A DNA stretch of 64,000 nt from Mytilus trossulus (lineage: Eukaryota), in NCBI RefSeq assembly GCF_036588685.1, contig NC_086373.1, positions 4,340,001-4,404,000 on the forward strand, written 5' to 3'. The position numbers and the translations under genes are program-made. The notes under the pieces are model-generated. The model saw only the letters and a program-made list of their open reading frames with translations, was not told the origin of the DNA and did not search any database. Shown here one piece after another: positions 25,735 through 37,468 of the stretch; the first letter of the stretch is position 1, and every line of letters begins with the position of its first letter.

Positions 25735-25860
25735 CGTCTGGTCGGAGTGGGGACGTTAAATCCGATGCCCCGTGTTCAGGAAATGACACGTCATGTGCAC
25801 GTTAAATATCCCTTTGTAGAGTTCGTTTAGAGTAGGCTCCTAGGGGCCGCTACATAAGCT
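25735..25860 (+). ncRNA. Deu/Nin-domain-like structured RNA module in the Gypsy 3' non-coding region
   Basis: gtcggagtggggacgttaaat...cccgtgtt...tgcacgttaaatatccctttgtaga...agagtaggct...gccgctaca is collinear with the SINE core at 18481-18600 and 63119-63240, with compensatory stem changes. Confidence 0.6.
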
Positions 25861-26252
25861 AACTTTTGCAACCTGGATTATTTCGGAAGATAAAGTTTCC
25901 AGTGACATTTTAAATTGATACATGCTTTTGGTATTTAAATTTCATATAGTAAGGGTATTGCGTTCAGTAGTTTTGTTTGGAATCCATTACCCCTTGGTAG
26001 TAGTATTGGTAGGTGCTGGTTGAAATCTGAGCATATGGTAGATGTATTGCGTACGAGCTGATAAGGGGAACATTATTTTGTTCTATTTATTTTGTCTAGT
26101 ACCATGGAGAGTACTTTGCATTTTGAGAACATGCTCAGTAGTTACTTTCGAATAGATAGTTGATAGAGTTTGGGTCTGAAAAAGGGCCAGAGGTCGATGA
26201 TTTAGCTCGAGTATTGTAAATGCGGGGCGCATTTCTGTTGAAGCGTGGGTAA

Positions 26253-27256
26253 TGTGACGAATATCATTCAGTTACCTTAATTATGTTATTAGGAAGTTCT
26301 AAGTTTATCTGTTAAGAAGTCGGCAAATGTTTCAATCCTTTCACTTTCGTTTGTAATTTACCTCTTATTTCACATGTCAATGTGACTGAGTGTTTTTAAA
26401 ATAAAGCATATTGTATTGTATTGTATTGTATTGTTTCTTAATGCAGTACGTTGATAACGGTTGTAATACGGAAAACGATTTCCGAATTTTTTGTACTGGT
26501 TCCAATCCCATCTAGTTGAAAAGAAAGGAATACATTTATTTCTGCTTAGGGATTATATGCATTTTGGTTCGAGATTATTCTAGTATATAAGTAGAGTTTC
26601 TCACAACGTTTATCAGACCGACCGTGCAAGCGCTGTATAGCCAGTCAAGGTTGTTAAAAACTTGTTGTCTTAATCAGTTCGGTCGTCAGAGTTCCTAGAG
26701 TAAAGACTAAAGAAAAGGTAATTATAACTATTTCTGAATAAGAAGTAGCTTACCAAGGACCTTTGGTTTAACTTTTATAAGCAAGAGCCAATTGTTCTAT
26801 CTGAATAAGGTGGTGACATATTGTCCTGTGGTATATAATTAAGGTGACAACGTAATACTGTCCCTTTGGACCAGTGACACCTTGGTCCTGAATAAGGACC
26901 AGGGGCGCACTGGAAACCATAACTCTATATTACCTTTGAATCAAAGAACTAAAGTACTGTAAGGCAAATAGGTTTATAGTCATATATCATATACTTTTGA
27001 TTTAAGGTTAAGTCATAGCTCCAATAAAGCGTCCCTTGTGTTATGTTAAGGGTTTCATTTTGTATACTTACCAAAAGTAATATTTTGTTAATTGCTATTA
27101 GGCTTTTATACCTAAGGTTGAATTAGTTCAGGAAATACGTTACTATTTGTAAGGGTTAGCGAACGGTACACAACAAATCCAGGGAAGTAACCCTGGTACA
27201 GATCTACGGGTACTTAAAGTACTATCTGGCGTGTAGGACACCCCCTGCAAGTTACA
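26253..27256 (+). repeat. 3' LTR
   Basis: tgtgacgaatatcattcagttacc...gcaagttaca; preceded by gaagcgtgggtaa (PPT-like); carries small insertions not present in the 5' LTR. Confidence 0.92.
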
Positions 27257-28704
27257 ATACGAATGGTTTATATCAGTAATGTCTTACGCTCTTTTAAAGA
27301 TATTAACCTATATTATAGTTAACATTGTAAGCAGTGTATCCTTTAAATGGAAAATAGTGGATATGTTGTATTTTTTTATGGCATAGAATAACTAAATCCA
27401 CTTGGCATACTCAAATTAAAAGAAACAGAATCTTTGATGTAGGACTTCATCTCAAAAGCTCAGTGGGTTTCTGCCCTCAGCAGAACAATTGGTTGCTCCT
27501 GACTGCATACCCATGACAGCTGTTGGAACCTATTCCGGCTGTTCTACCTCTGTCTGTTGAGTCAAGGGCATATAGGAATTATCATGTCTGCCCTATCACA
27601 CTGTAGGTTTCTAGAGAACTTCTTTTCGAAATTAATTGATTTTTTAATAGAATGTTGGACCATTGGAGATACCTTTTTGGAAACTGATTGAACTTTTAAA
27701 GAAATGTTAAATACCATTTAAGACGGGTTTAGTTTGAGATTTTTCCTCATTTTTCACCTCTTCTGTTCCAGAGTAAAGGTACTTAATTGTTGAAAAATAC
27801 CAAATTTTGTAGTTTCTGAATTATAAATGGAGAAAACCTTTGTGAAATAGATTGAAATTGAATGTATTGGACTACTGAAGACAGTTTAATTTGATTTTCA
27901 TCATTTTAACTTTGACCATTCCAGAGTTATGGTACTCGATTGTTGGAAAAATTCAAAATTGTGCTGTTTCTGTTTGATGAATAGATATGACTTATTTGAA
28001 ATAGCTTGATTTCAATTGAATGTTATGAATAAAAAAAAGACAGGATATATTTGATTTTCTTTATATATATTCAATTCCAAAGTTATGGTACTTGTTTTTT
28101 TGGAAAACTTTAAATTTAGTGGTTTCTGTATAACTTTAATAAAGAATTTCTTTCTGAAACTTGTTGAAATTATTATTAAATGGATTGTACCATTTATCAA
28201 ATGCAAAGTTTTGATTTGCATTGTTTTCACTTACGTATATGTCGAAGTGTTTTTGGTAATTGGTAGCTGGATTTTTTCAAAAACCTTTTTTTATAAAAGG
28301 AGATGTGGTAGGTTTTCCAATAAGACAACTATCCACCAAAGTTCAAAGTTTGCTTCAGAATAATAAATAGATACGCCCTTTTTCATTGTGGCATCATTTA
28401 CTAAATCTCGATTGTCACTGGCATGATAGCTAAATTTCCAGGCTATACTGACGGTCATCTGTACCTTGAGAAGGCAAGTGTTCAACATCACATGTAATTC
28501 ATATAAACAGGGGGATTCAACCATATTTCCTCATATAAAAGCATGAGTTGTCAAATAAAAAAGAGGACAAAAAACCCTAGAACCGCCACCACGTCATTTT
28601 GTTTTTCCGAATAGCTTTAACATTTGGCACAACTTTTTGGAATTTTGGATCCTCAATGCTCTTCAACTTTGTATTTGTTTGGCTTTATAACTATTTTGAT
28701 ATGA

Positions 28705-28748
28705 GCGTCACTGATGAGTCTTATGTTGACGAAACGCGCGTCAAGCGT
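28705..28748 (+). ncRNA. Minimal type I hammerhead ribozyme (Penelope/retrozyme-type), stem I damaged
   Basis: gcgtca CTGATGA gtc-ttatgtt-gac GAAA c-gcgc-g TC aagcgt: intact core, stem II, palindromic stem III and GUC cleavage triplet. Confidence 0.8.
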
Positions 28749-29929
28749 ACTAAATTATAATCCTGGTACCTGTGATAACTATTTAACTACAGTTATTGAG
28801 AAAGGAAGATAATTCAAATTAAAAAATATTGTCTATATGTGTTTCTCACTAAATACGTTACAATTTTAATCTTTCACCTCAAAATGAAATCAATCTTTAT
28901 AGCACATTTGAACTCTATAAATCTTCAAAATAAGATCAACAAAGGTGCACGAAAATATTGACAGATGCAAGTTAAAAAACAGTTTACTTGCATTATTAAA
29001 GGATACTAAAGTTCTTTATCTTAACTCCTATACATTTCTAGGAATTTGATTGATTGGTTAAAAGCGTCTGCGTGGAGACTGTGTATATTTCATATTAGGT
29101 TGGTATACAGGCGGGGCTTATTTCATACACGGTTAGTAGTGGTGTTACGTCCCTTTACATTCCATATTAGGTAAGAAGGGAGGCGGGGCTTATTCCATAC
29201 ACGGTTATTAGTGGTGGTATGTCCCTTCATAAAAAGGGTAATTTAAGATAATTAAGATGGAAATAAATTCATAAAACACATTTTTAAAAACCTAACAAGA
29301 TGTTATTGTTGGCATCTGTTTTTGTAGGATCAATGAAAGTAGTTTCTTAATGCTAACGGTATTGAAGACTTGCTCATTTTGATAGGTCACCAGTCTAAAT
29401 TTCACACGTTAAGATAGTCGGTAAGATAAATCCGTTACATAGTGTGCTAGTGACGTAATACAGTATATAGGAATGTTTGTATGTTGACGGATGTTATGGT
29501 ACAAGTATCATGTTGTGTCTTCTTTAATAAACATGTAGTACTAGTATGCAGCACTTATGTTGGTTTTGCTGCAAGGCAATGTTTTATTCTGAACATCTTT
29601 GCTTTACATCTGACTCCTCTTGGCTACAGCTTGGTACTGTAGAATTTGTAGCATTTTTGAAGTTTTAACTTACTTTTATTGGTACCGATTCAATATCTCC
29701 TTAATTTTATCATGCCCATTTTATATAAATTTTATTGTTTTATCAATGCTATATTTTTCAAATCTTTTTGTTTTAAAAGTTTTAAACGTGGGCTTTTATA
29801 TTTTATTGTTAATACTTATATATGTATATGGAAATATATTGTAAAGCGCTTAGGGTAATTTTAATATTATATAATGCGCTGTTATAAATACTGTATAATA
29901 AATAATAAAATAATAAATAATAGCATTGA

Positions 29930-32750
29930 TGTTACACTTCTGGTTTCTTGGTAGTGGTTAATTAAAAACCGGGCTGATCTTCTCTCTAGTTTCTGTATAT
30001 TAAGGTTGTAAACGGGTTCATAACTAAGAATGCATACTCAAGCAATGTTTAACTAGAGTTGTGAAGTATACAACTTTTGTTAGTTGTTGACTGTGATGCA
30101 GGTTTCCGAGTTTGGATTAAGGCTATAGTTAAATGTTTGTATTTTTAGATATATGCTTTCTCTGAGTGTTCGAATAATTGGTTCTAGACATTGTTACACT
30201 GCTGAATCAGCCATTCAATTCTAAATAATGTTCCTGGATATTATAACTTGTAGGGTGCAGTTTACGCATTTTGGTTACGCATAGAAGTTGGCTATGTTGA
30301 AATCCAATTTGACAATCATATTCCAATCTTATCAAGATGTTCTAGTCTTCTTGTGTTATTTTTCAAGTTATCCGTCTGAACAGAACACAGCCATCTGCAA
30401 ATAAATGAACTGTTAATGAATGTACATAGACAAGTATGTCGTTGGTAAAAAGTAGGAGCAGAATAATCCAAGAACGCTGCCCTATGGTTCTCCTGATTGG
30501 ACAGATGCAGTGTAAGATTTTTTCATATTATTATTCATTTATAGTACAGGCCTCGCAAGGGAGTATTAATTTATCCTACTGTTGTATGTTCGTGTCGATT
30601 TGAGAACAACAAATGTGGGAATCATAGTGAACCAGTGCTTCTTTCAAATAACGTCAAAACAAGTTTGAACAGCTATTGATGATGTATCACACCCTTTTAA
30701 ATGATTCAATGGTTGTTCAGCTTACTAGTCATGCTAATTGTTTGGACAGTGATTTCCAGAATCTGATAGTGTCTAGGAAAAAGAAGTATCGATATACTTT
30801 AGTGCTAGCATAAGGACTGAGAAATCGTGTTTTGTGTTCTCTTACTGATTGTCAATTTGTAGATGATAAGGCAATCTGTTTGTGTACTATATAAAACATG
30901 ATTACTTCACATTGAGCTCTCCATATCTTCCAATTTAGTGTCTGTAGCATAGTTAGTTTTTCTACATTCATTTGATACAAATGGTGCGCAACAGCGGTGT
31001 GTAGCTTCTAATTTGTTTATGTTGTCCTTAGTAATCGGATTCAATATGGTGCTAGAGTATTCCATAAGGCATAGTTATACATGTTATACTCGGACAGTTT
31101 GTTGTGGTTCTTTGAAGATAAGCTCCGGTGGAGTTGCTTTCTTTGCAATGTTATCAATGTATTCGTTCTAATTTAATGTTTTGTTTATGGAAACACAAAG
31201 ATATTTCGCCGAGACAACCTCCTCTATGATATAGCCATGGATGTTGTAGTTAACCTATGTTGAACTGAACTATGAGGAAAATTCAAAACGGTAATTCCCA
31301 AATCTAATGGCAAAATCAAATAGTGAAACACATCAAACGAATGGGCAACTACTGTCATATTCCTGACTTGGTACAGGAATTTTAAAATGATGAAAATGTT
31401 GGATTGAACCTGGTTTTTAGCACTAAACCACACAACTATCTATAGTGTAGAGAAGCGTGTTTGACGTCAGAATGTAAACGTCACACAGGAAAAGATATAG
31501 AATAATTTTGACGTTCAAAGTATTTTTAAAATTCTAATTTGACATGGGGAATGGTGGTAAACAGGGTTGAAAAAGTTTTGAAAGAACTAATTTCAGAAAA
31601 AGATCGAGATTTAAAATTATTCAGACGTTCTCTAGAATGCAGTCGTCTACGAAAAGTCTAACGTTTGATGATGACACATACTCTGGGAGGTCGCTAATAA
31701 AAACAAGAAACGTCAGCGAAAAAAGCTCTCTACCTTGTGGGACTAAATACTGTGCTGTCGAGATTTCTGATGATTTTCCTTCCAGGAGTACACATTGCTG
31801 TCTCGGCTATCCAAAAAATATTTCTGCCATTTAATTGTTGGCTCTCTAATGCCATAATGGTCAGCTTTATACAATAGTCCACATGCACTAGACGTTCTGT
31901 CAATAGTATAAAAAATATTGGAAATGGGAAGAAAATAGTGTCCACAGGCACTAGACATTCTATCAATAGTTTTATAATACTATTGACACAACGTCTAGTG
32001 CCTGTGAATAGTCGCTCTTGCTGGACTTTGTGAAAAGCCTTTGGAAAGTCTGTTTGCTCTTTATCGTCTATGTTTTGAACTAGGTCATGAATTGTGAGAA
32101 TTTGTAAGAATTCACAAGATTGTTCTTTCCTAAAACCATGGTAAGCATTAGTCTCGATGGAGTGACTTTCTATGTGTTTTCATCTTCGCTAGCCAAGGGT
32201 TACGATCCCGGGCACTCCCGCGGGAGTGGATCGTAACCCTTGGCTAGCGAAGTTGTGATGTGAGAGAGAGAGAGAGAGAGTGAATCGTAACCCTTGGATA
32301 GCGAAGATGATGTGTTTTATGATATTGGTAAAGATGATATCTTCAAGTACTTTATCTAATATAACAATTTTTGAAGTAGTTTGTTTTATGCCTGGCTACG
32401 ACCCCCGTTCTTGAGTATTTGAACTTCATATGCACTTTTCCTATCAAATGGTATAAATGTACTTGTAAATGGTCGACGGATTTTTGAAAATTGGTGCAAG
32501 TATGTATTTAAGGATTTTTTTTATTACAATAATTTTGTAGAGATTTTCATCTGGTCTTGTTGCTTTATGTCTATTAAGATTGACAGCAGTTTGTGTATTC
32601 CGTTTTCCAATGTTACGATGAAGTGTTTTTTCATATGTTGGTATGTATCTGATTTCTTTTCTATGCGATAGTCTCTTCTTTTTGCTGTTAAATTCTGAGG
32701 AAAACGAAGTATGTTTGCCTTCATTTTATAATCCGAAAATGTGCGGCAAA
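29930..32750 (-). mobile_element. Highly decayed CR1/L2-group LINE RT fragments (at least two pieces, interrupted by other repeats)
   Basis: - strand remnants: HGFRKEQSCE...DFPKAFHKV (about 32030-32150), KYLCVSINKTL and MEYSSTILNP (about 31040-31210), SGEP*GSVLG and HLFAD (about 30390-30500). Confidence 0.65.
32181..32309. mobile_element. Tiny foldback MITE with a duplicated right end and (GA)n
   Basis: catcttcgctagccaagggttacgatcc ... ggatcgtaacccttggctagcgaag, then (GA)n and a second atcgtaacccttggatagcgaagatg. Confidence 0.7.
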
Positions 32751-33099
32751 TACGTCATAGGCAAACAATTCTTTTATCAAATATAGTTCATGTCAACACT
32801 TTACTCGGGGATAAAATTCCGCTAGCATTATTATACACAGTGGTTGGTTCTAGATTCAGTATATGTTCACTATAAAGTAAACTAAATAGATACAGTACTT
32901 GCATGCGTTTCTATAAATATTACATAATGAGAGTTGGACACGACAACCTTTATTAAATGAAATGTGCTTTTCGAGTTGACGACTGTGAAGAGACCAGAGG
33001 CGACCTGGAGAGACCGACGACAGCCAGGAGACAATGGTACTTGCGGTATAAGTCTTTGCAGCCCAAATTGCATCTCCTGTGAAGGGGAATTCACATTAC

Positions 33100-35660
33100 A
33101 CGCAATAAACCGATATATATCAAGACACATTCGAGGCTCTGCGAGTGCGAGGAAGAATGAACAGCCTATAGGACAGACTCAGGAAACGAATAAAGAACGG
33201 GAAAGGACAACGAGCACGGACATGGATGTACGTGTTTTATGGGAAAGTCTGCCAGAATGCTAGAGGTTTGAATATCCATCAATGTATAATAGCATGTGTG
33301 CCAACCCATTCTGGCAATCAACGCACAGAGAGAGGACGGAGGAGGAGACCATCCAGGAAGCAAAACAGTGATGATTACCTCCATATGAGACAGGTTGAGG
33401 ATGAACACATAGAGCAGCTTGAAGAGATAAAACAACGTACATAAGGAGAATAGCTAAATATGATAGAACCAACAGTCAGAAGAGAAATATTAATGCCAAG
33501 GAAGGAAAGCATCAAGTGGCCAACAAGTGAAGGCAAACCAGTTGGAAAGCTTTCGGTGAAGATCTCGAAAATCAAACACTAGCAGGAAATATAGAAAGAT
33601 AAGAGCAATGACGTCCATCACTTACAGTGTAGAAAAGGGCATATGTGGGTTGATTTCATCTAGAAAAAGAGAGAGAACACAAGGTCAGAGTAACCGCAGA
33701 CAGGGGAAGATCAAGGAACTGACGTCCCCTCTGAATGTTGAAGAAGAGGTATATAGATGCTATGGTGGAGAAAAGTTTCCTCTACAACAGTTCTTAAAGA
33801 AGAAAAAAACATGGGGAAAATTAAAAACACTTACAAGAGCATAAACACATAGAAGAGACCGAAGGAAAAGGACAAAGGAAAGAGTTCAAGTCACAGTACA
33901 CCCTTGACAGTATATGAAGAAATTATTTGGAGCAAGAGGATCTGGTAAATTAAAAAACTCAAAAGGAAGAAATGCAAGACCATCTCAGAAAGAGTCATGG
34001 TGATGAAAGGCGAGAGAAAATGTGATCACCAGCCCAGTAGTCAGCACTTTTTGTGAGAGATGAAACATTCGAACTAGCAGGGAAAAGATACAAACAGTTG
34101 GTGATAAACCTGTGAAATGTTGGGGAATATTTTGACGCTACACTAGCAGACAGTTAAAACACCAATATGCACACGCAGTTAGTAGATTGGCTATCGAACA
34201 TAGGCAAGAATGGCATGCCAGGAAGATACATAGCTTGGCTGTATCAACATAGAGTCTTGTCAAGGAAGCATGGACGTTATGGGTACTCGAGTTTCCAGTG
34301 TCCAAAGTCGAGGTTTTAGAAAGTAAGATCGGTGCTTGTCTCAGACGTTGGCTTGGCGTACCAAGAAGTTTCAGCAGCGTAAGCTTACATAGTACTGGGA
34401 CTAAATTGCAATTGTCACTCAAGGCGTTGACTGACGAGGTTAAAGTAACAAAAAAATAACAGGTCATGATGAAAGATGCCAAGGGTAGAGGAGTTAAACT
34501 GGCGATCTGGACAGGGAGAAAGTGGAAAGCAGAAGAATCAGTGAAAGAAGCAGAGACAATACTTTGACACAGTGTCATTGTCGGTGTCACAGCAGTAGGG
34601 ATACAAGGGTTTGGTATGACAACTAAACCAAGATCGGATACAGCAGATGAGAAGGGTTAGAGAGATTTGGTACAGCAGGAAGTACGACAGATAGCAGAAG
34701 AGAGCAGGAACATCAAGGCGGTAGACATGAAGCAGCAAGGTAGCTAGTTAAATTTGCAAGGTGCTAAAAGCAGGGCTTTAACCTGGAATGAAATATGGAG
34801 TTTGAGTATTGTTTAAGCTTCCTATTGAGATCCAGTGTACGATGTACTACCACGTCTATCAATTTTCTATACATGGGGGTTGGTAGAAGATCCAATGTCA
34901 TCTCTAAAACATATTGTCATCAAGTCAAGTGGAACTTAAAGAAAGTATGTACACATAGAGACCTGAAAGCGTACTGAAAACAATAGCAGCGAGTTTGGAC
35001 ATCATCGGGAGGAAGAAGAAAAAGAAAAAAAAACATCACATCCGTTAACTTTGTGAAGTATGTATAGAGCAAGAACAGCACACTTGAAGGCATTGGGATC
35101 CTTGCAACAGCAACAGACTGGCAATGTACTGCATATATATTCAGCAACGTATGAGCTTCCTTGCAGGAAAAGCACCAACATCGCCACGACCAGATTTGGT
35201 TCTATGGTCGCAGGTGACTAGAAACACAATATTGCTAGAACTGACAGTCCCTTTGGAAGAAAGGATGGATAAGGCACATGAAAGGAAGATGGCAAAATAT
35301 CAACAGCTTGTAGAAGATTTGGAACAGAGAGGTTTGAGGACTTGGTGCTTTGCTATAGAAATAAGGTGCAGGGACTTTTCGGGACATACGGTTTGGTAAG
35401 CTCTAGGGACCTTCTGAGTGATTGGAGCTGAGAGGAGTAAGCTAATTTCCGAAGTGTGTATACAAGCAGAAGTGTCATCAAAATGGATATGGAGGGAGAG
35501 AGGTGAGATTTGGAAAAGTGGCAATAAGAGAAATGTGAAAAATGACATTGTGTGTAAATAATGGACTTATGAAAGAAGAGACTGTTTTAAAACAGCTCAG
35601 ATGAAAACACCAATCAGTGCAGCAGTTACATCAGCTGATATATCGGGAGAAATGTAACCC
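33100..35660 (+). mobile_element. Decayed, internally deleted RLE-type non-LTR retrotransposon (HERO-like)
   Basis: N-terminal zinc-finger remnant GKVCQNARGLNIHQ (about 33240). C-terminal restriction-like endonuclease RPDLVLWS...LLELTVP.EE....AHERK..KY (35124-35399). Post-RT LRRWLGVPRSFSS..L motif (about 34340). The RT core is missing and the boundaries are approximate. Confidence 0.8.
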
Positions 35661-35942
35661 ACCCGTTATAGGTTCAGACTGTTCACCAGAGCCGGCACAT
35701 CTGAAGGTTGCTGTTGAATAGCGACGAAACAGCCGAAGAAGGAGGACTCCATTTGAATGGTTATTGAACTGGATCAGAATTATTACGATGTTCAAAAGTA
35801 ATGTAAATGATACAGAAGGCCCGAACAGCATGATTTATTTCAAGGACAGATACAATATGTAAAAATGTATAAGTGTAAGTTACTATAATTTTTATCCTCA
35901 ATATATTTATTGACATTTCGATGACCCTATATGTATATAGTA

Positions 35943-36284
35943 TTAGTAAGTTTTTCTGCCACTGCGGCAATTTTCACTATACTCATTATATTCATGTCTC
36001 TGTTTACATTCGGTTACCATCGGCGTCAAAGGAATAGCACCTAACTGCAGTGCTGTTGCATCATGTGTATCAACCTCTCTAGAGGAACAATTAAATCTTC
36101 CAAACGTCTTACAGATGATACTGGATTTTTTAATGTAATATATTAAACGAGTCAGCGTGTTTCCTCTTAACAAAAGATACACCCATGGGTCAAGAACTTG
36201 ATTCCAGCTGGCAAGAACAAGTGATAGAATGTCAGCTTTTTCATTTCTTGGGAAACTATGGCTTTGGTTGATGATTATCCTGGT
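35943..36284 (-). CDS. Prostanoid (prostaglandin E2 EP-like) receptor, coding exon 2 (end of TM6, TM7, C-tail)
   Basis: Acceptor tttttatttcag at 36285; TRIIINQ...LASWNQVLDPWVYLLLR, the DPWxY TM7 motif of prostanoid receptors; stop at 35943-35945. Confidence 0.9.
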   Translation of the reverse strand, partial: TRIIINQSHSFPRNEKADILSLVLASWNQVLDPWVYLLLRGNTLTRLIYYIKKSSIICKTFGRFNCSSREVDTHDATALQLGAIPLTPMVTECKQRHEYNEYSENCRSGRKTY

Positions 36285-37468
36285 CTGAAATAAAAACAGA
36301 TTTTTGCTATTCATTTATTTGTTATTTCATGTTGTTTGTAGGGACTTCATCATCGTACCTGCAGAACCGTTTAGCACCATTGTATCATGTCTAAATAATT
36401 CCTTTTGTTTTAAATATGATATAGTTCTACACAAGAGATGATAAATTAAGAGACTGTGAGACTTCTTGTCACTTTTTGTCTGGCCTTGTTAAAGGTTTTT
36501 TTCAAAGTTATAGAAGAATATGTCACTGTTGACAGCTATTGGAAATTAAGTACTGTTTGCTCGGACGTGTCATGCTATTTCATTTTGGACTCCCTTTGAT
36601 AGGGTTGTTACAGTTTTCGTGACCCTTACTATTTCAAATTTGAATAGGGAATAACCGATATGATTTAAACTTTATATCAATTTTCTTTTCACTCGGTCTT
36701 TTCACCTTTGCTACCGGTGACAAAAGTTATATCCTTTTTCTCAAAATCATATATATTGTGCACTTCTATAAGTGCCCAATCTTTAACCAGGACATGAACT
36801 TAATAGCTTCCTGTTCTTCCTTGGTGACATACTAATTATAATATCTTAACAATATAATTTTAGGAAGCTTCTACTTGAGTATTGTAAGGTTCGTCAATCA
36901 AAAATGTCAACTATTTTGTAAAAAATGTTGAAGTAAACTATTATTTTTTGTGATTATGGTGTAAATGAAATAGTAAAATACTGATTAAAACAAATATGAC
37001 ACTTTAAAATCATCTGGTAAAACCCAAATAAGACAAAAACCAAACAACAAATCCACCAAAGTAGTTTTCTACAAGTCACCAACCAACATACCCAGCACAC
37101 CTTTACCCATCCGAACCACAGGCACTTGTTATATCAATTAAGGTATAAGAGAAAAAAATCTGAGACAAGTGCCTGTGATCCGATCACCTTGATTGACTTT
37201 TATTTTCTTGTGGAGAGATCTAGTCATGGTGTTAATTTTTTTTCTATATAAAGGCTTTTTCCGTTATTTGCTGCGAAACTATGATAATTTCGATTTATAG
37301 ATCCCGTTCCGCAAATGATCAAATAAGTATCGTAAGGACCTTAGGATGTACGGTTCCGCAGATAATCTTTTGTCGACCGTTCAAAGGCTGTATAGCCAGT
37401 AAGGTAGTTAAACATTTCCATCAACAAACTTTACCCCTTCAATGTATCATGAATACAACATTACTTAC

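Larger units (their letters stand above)
17996..27256 (+). mobile_element. Decayed Ty3/Gypsy LTR retrotransposon with both LTRs and an extra 3' ORF
   Basis: Two similar ~1-kb LTRs, outer termini TG...CA, 4-bp TSD ATAC (17992-17995, 27257-27260), tRNA-Leu PBS, purine-rich tract before the 3' LTR, domain order gag-PR-RT-RH-INT. Confidence 0.95.

Noticed and set aside
17996-27256. Steamer-like element (bivalve transmissible neoplasia) because of the Leu PBS
   Set aside because: Steamer has short LTRs and a single ORF. This element has ~1-kb LTRs and an extra ORF, and a shared PBS alone is not diagnostic.
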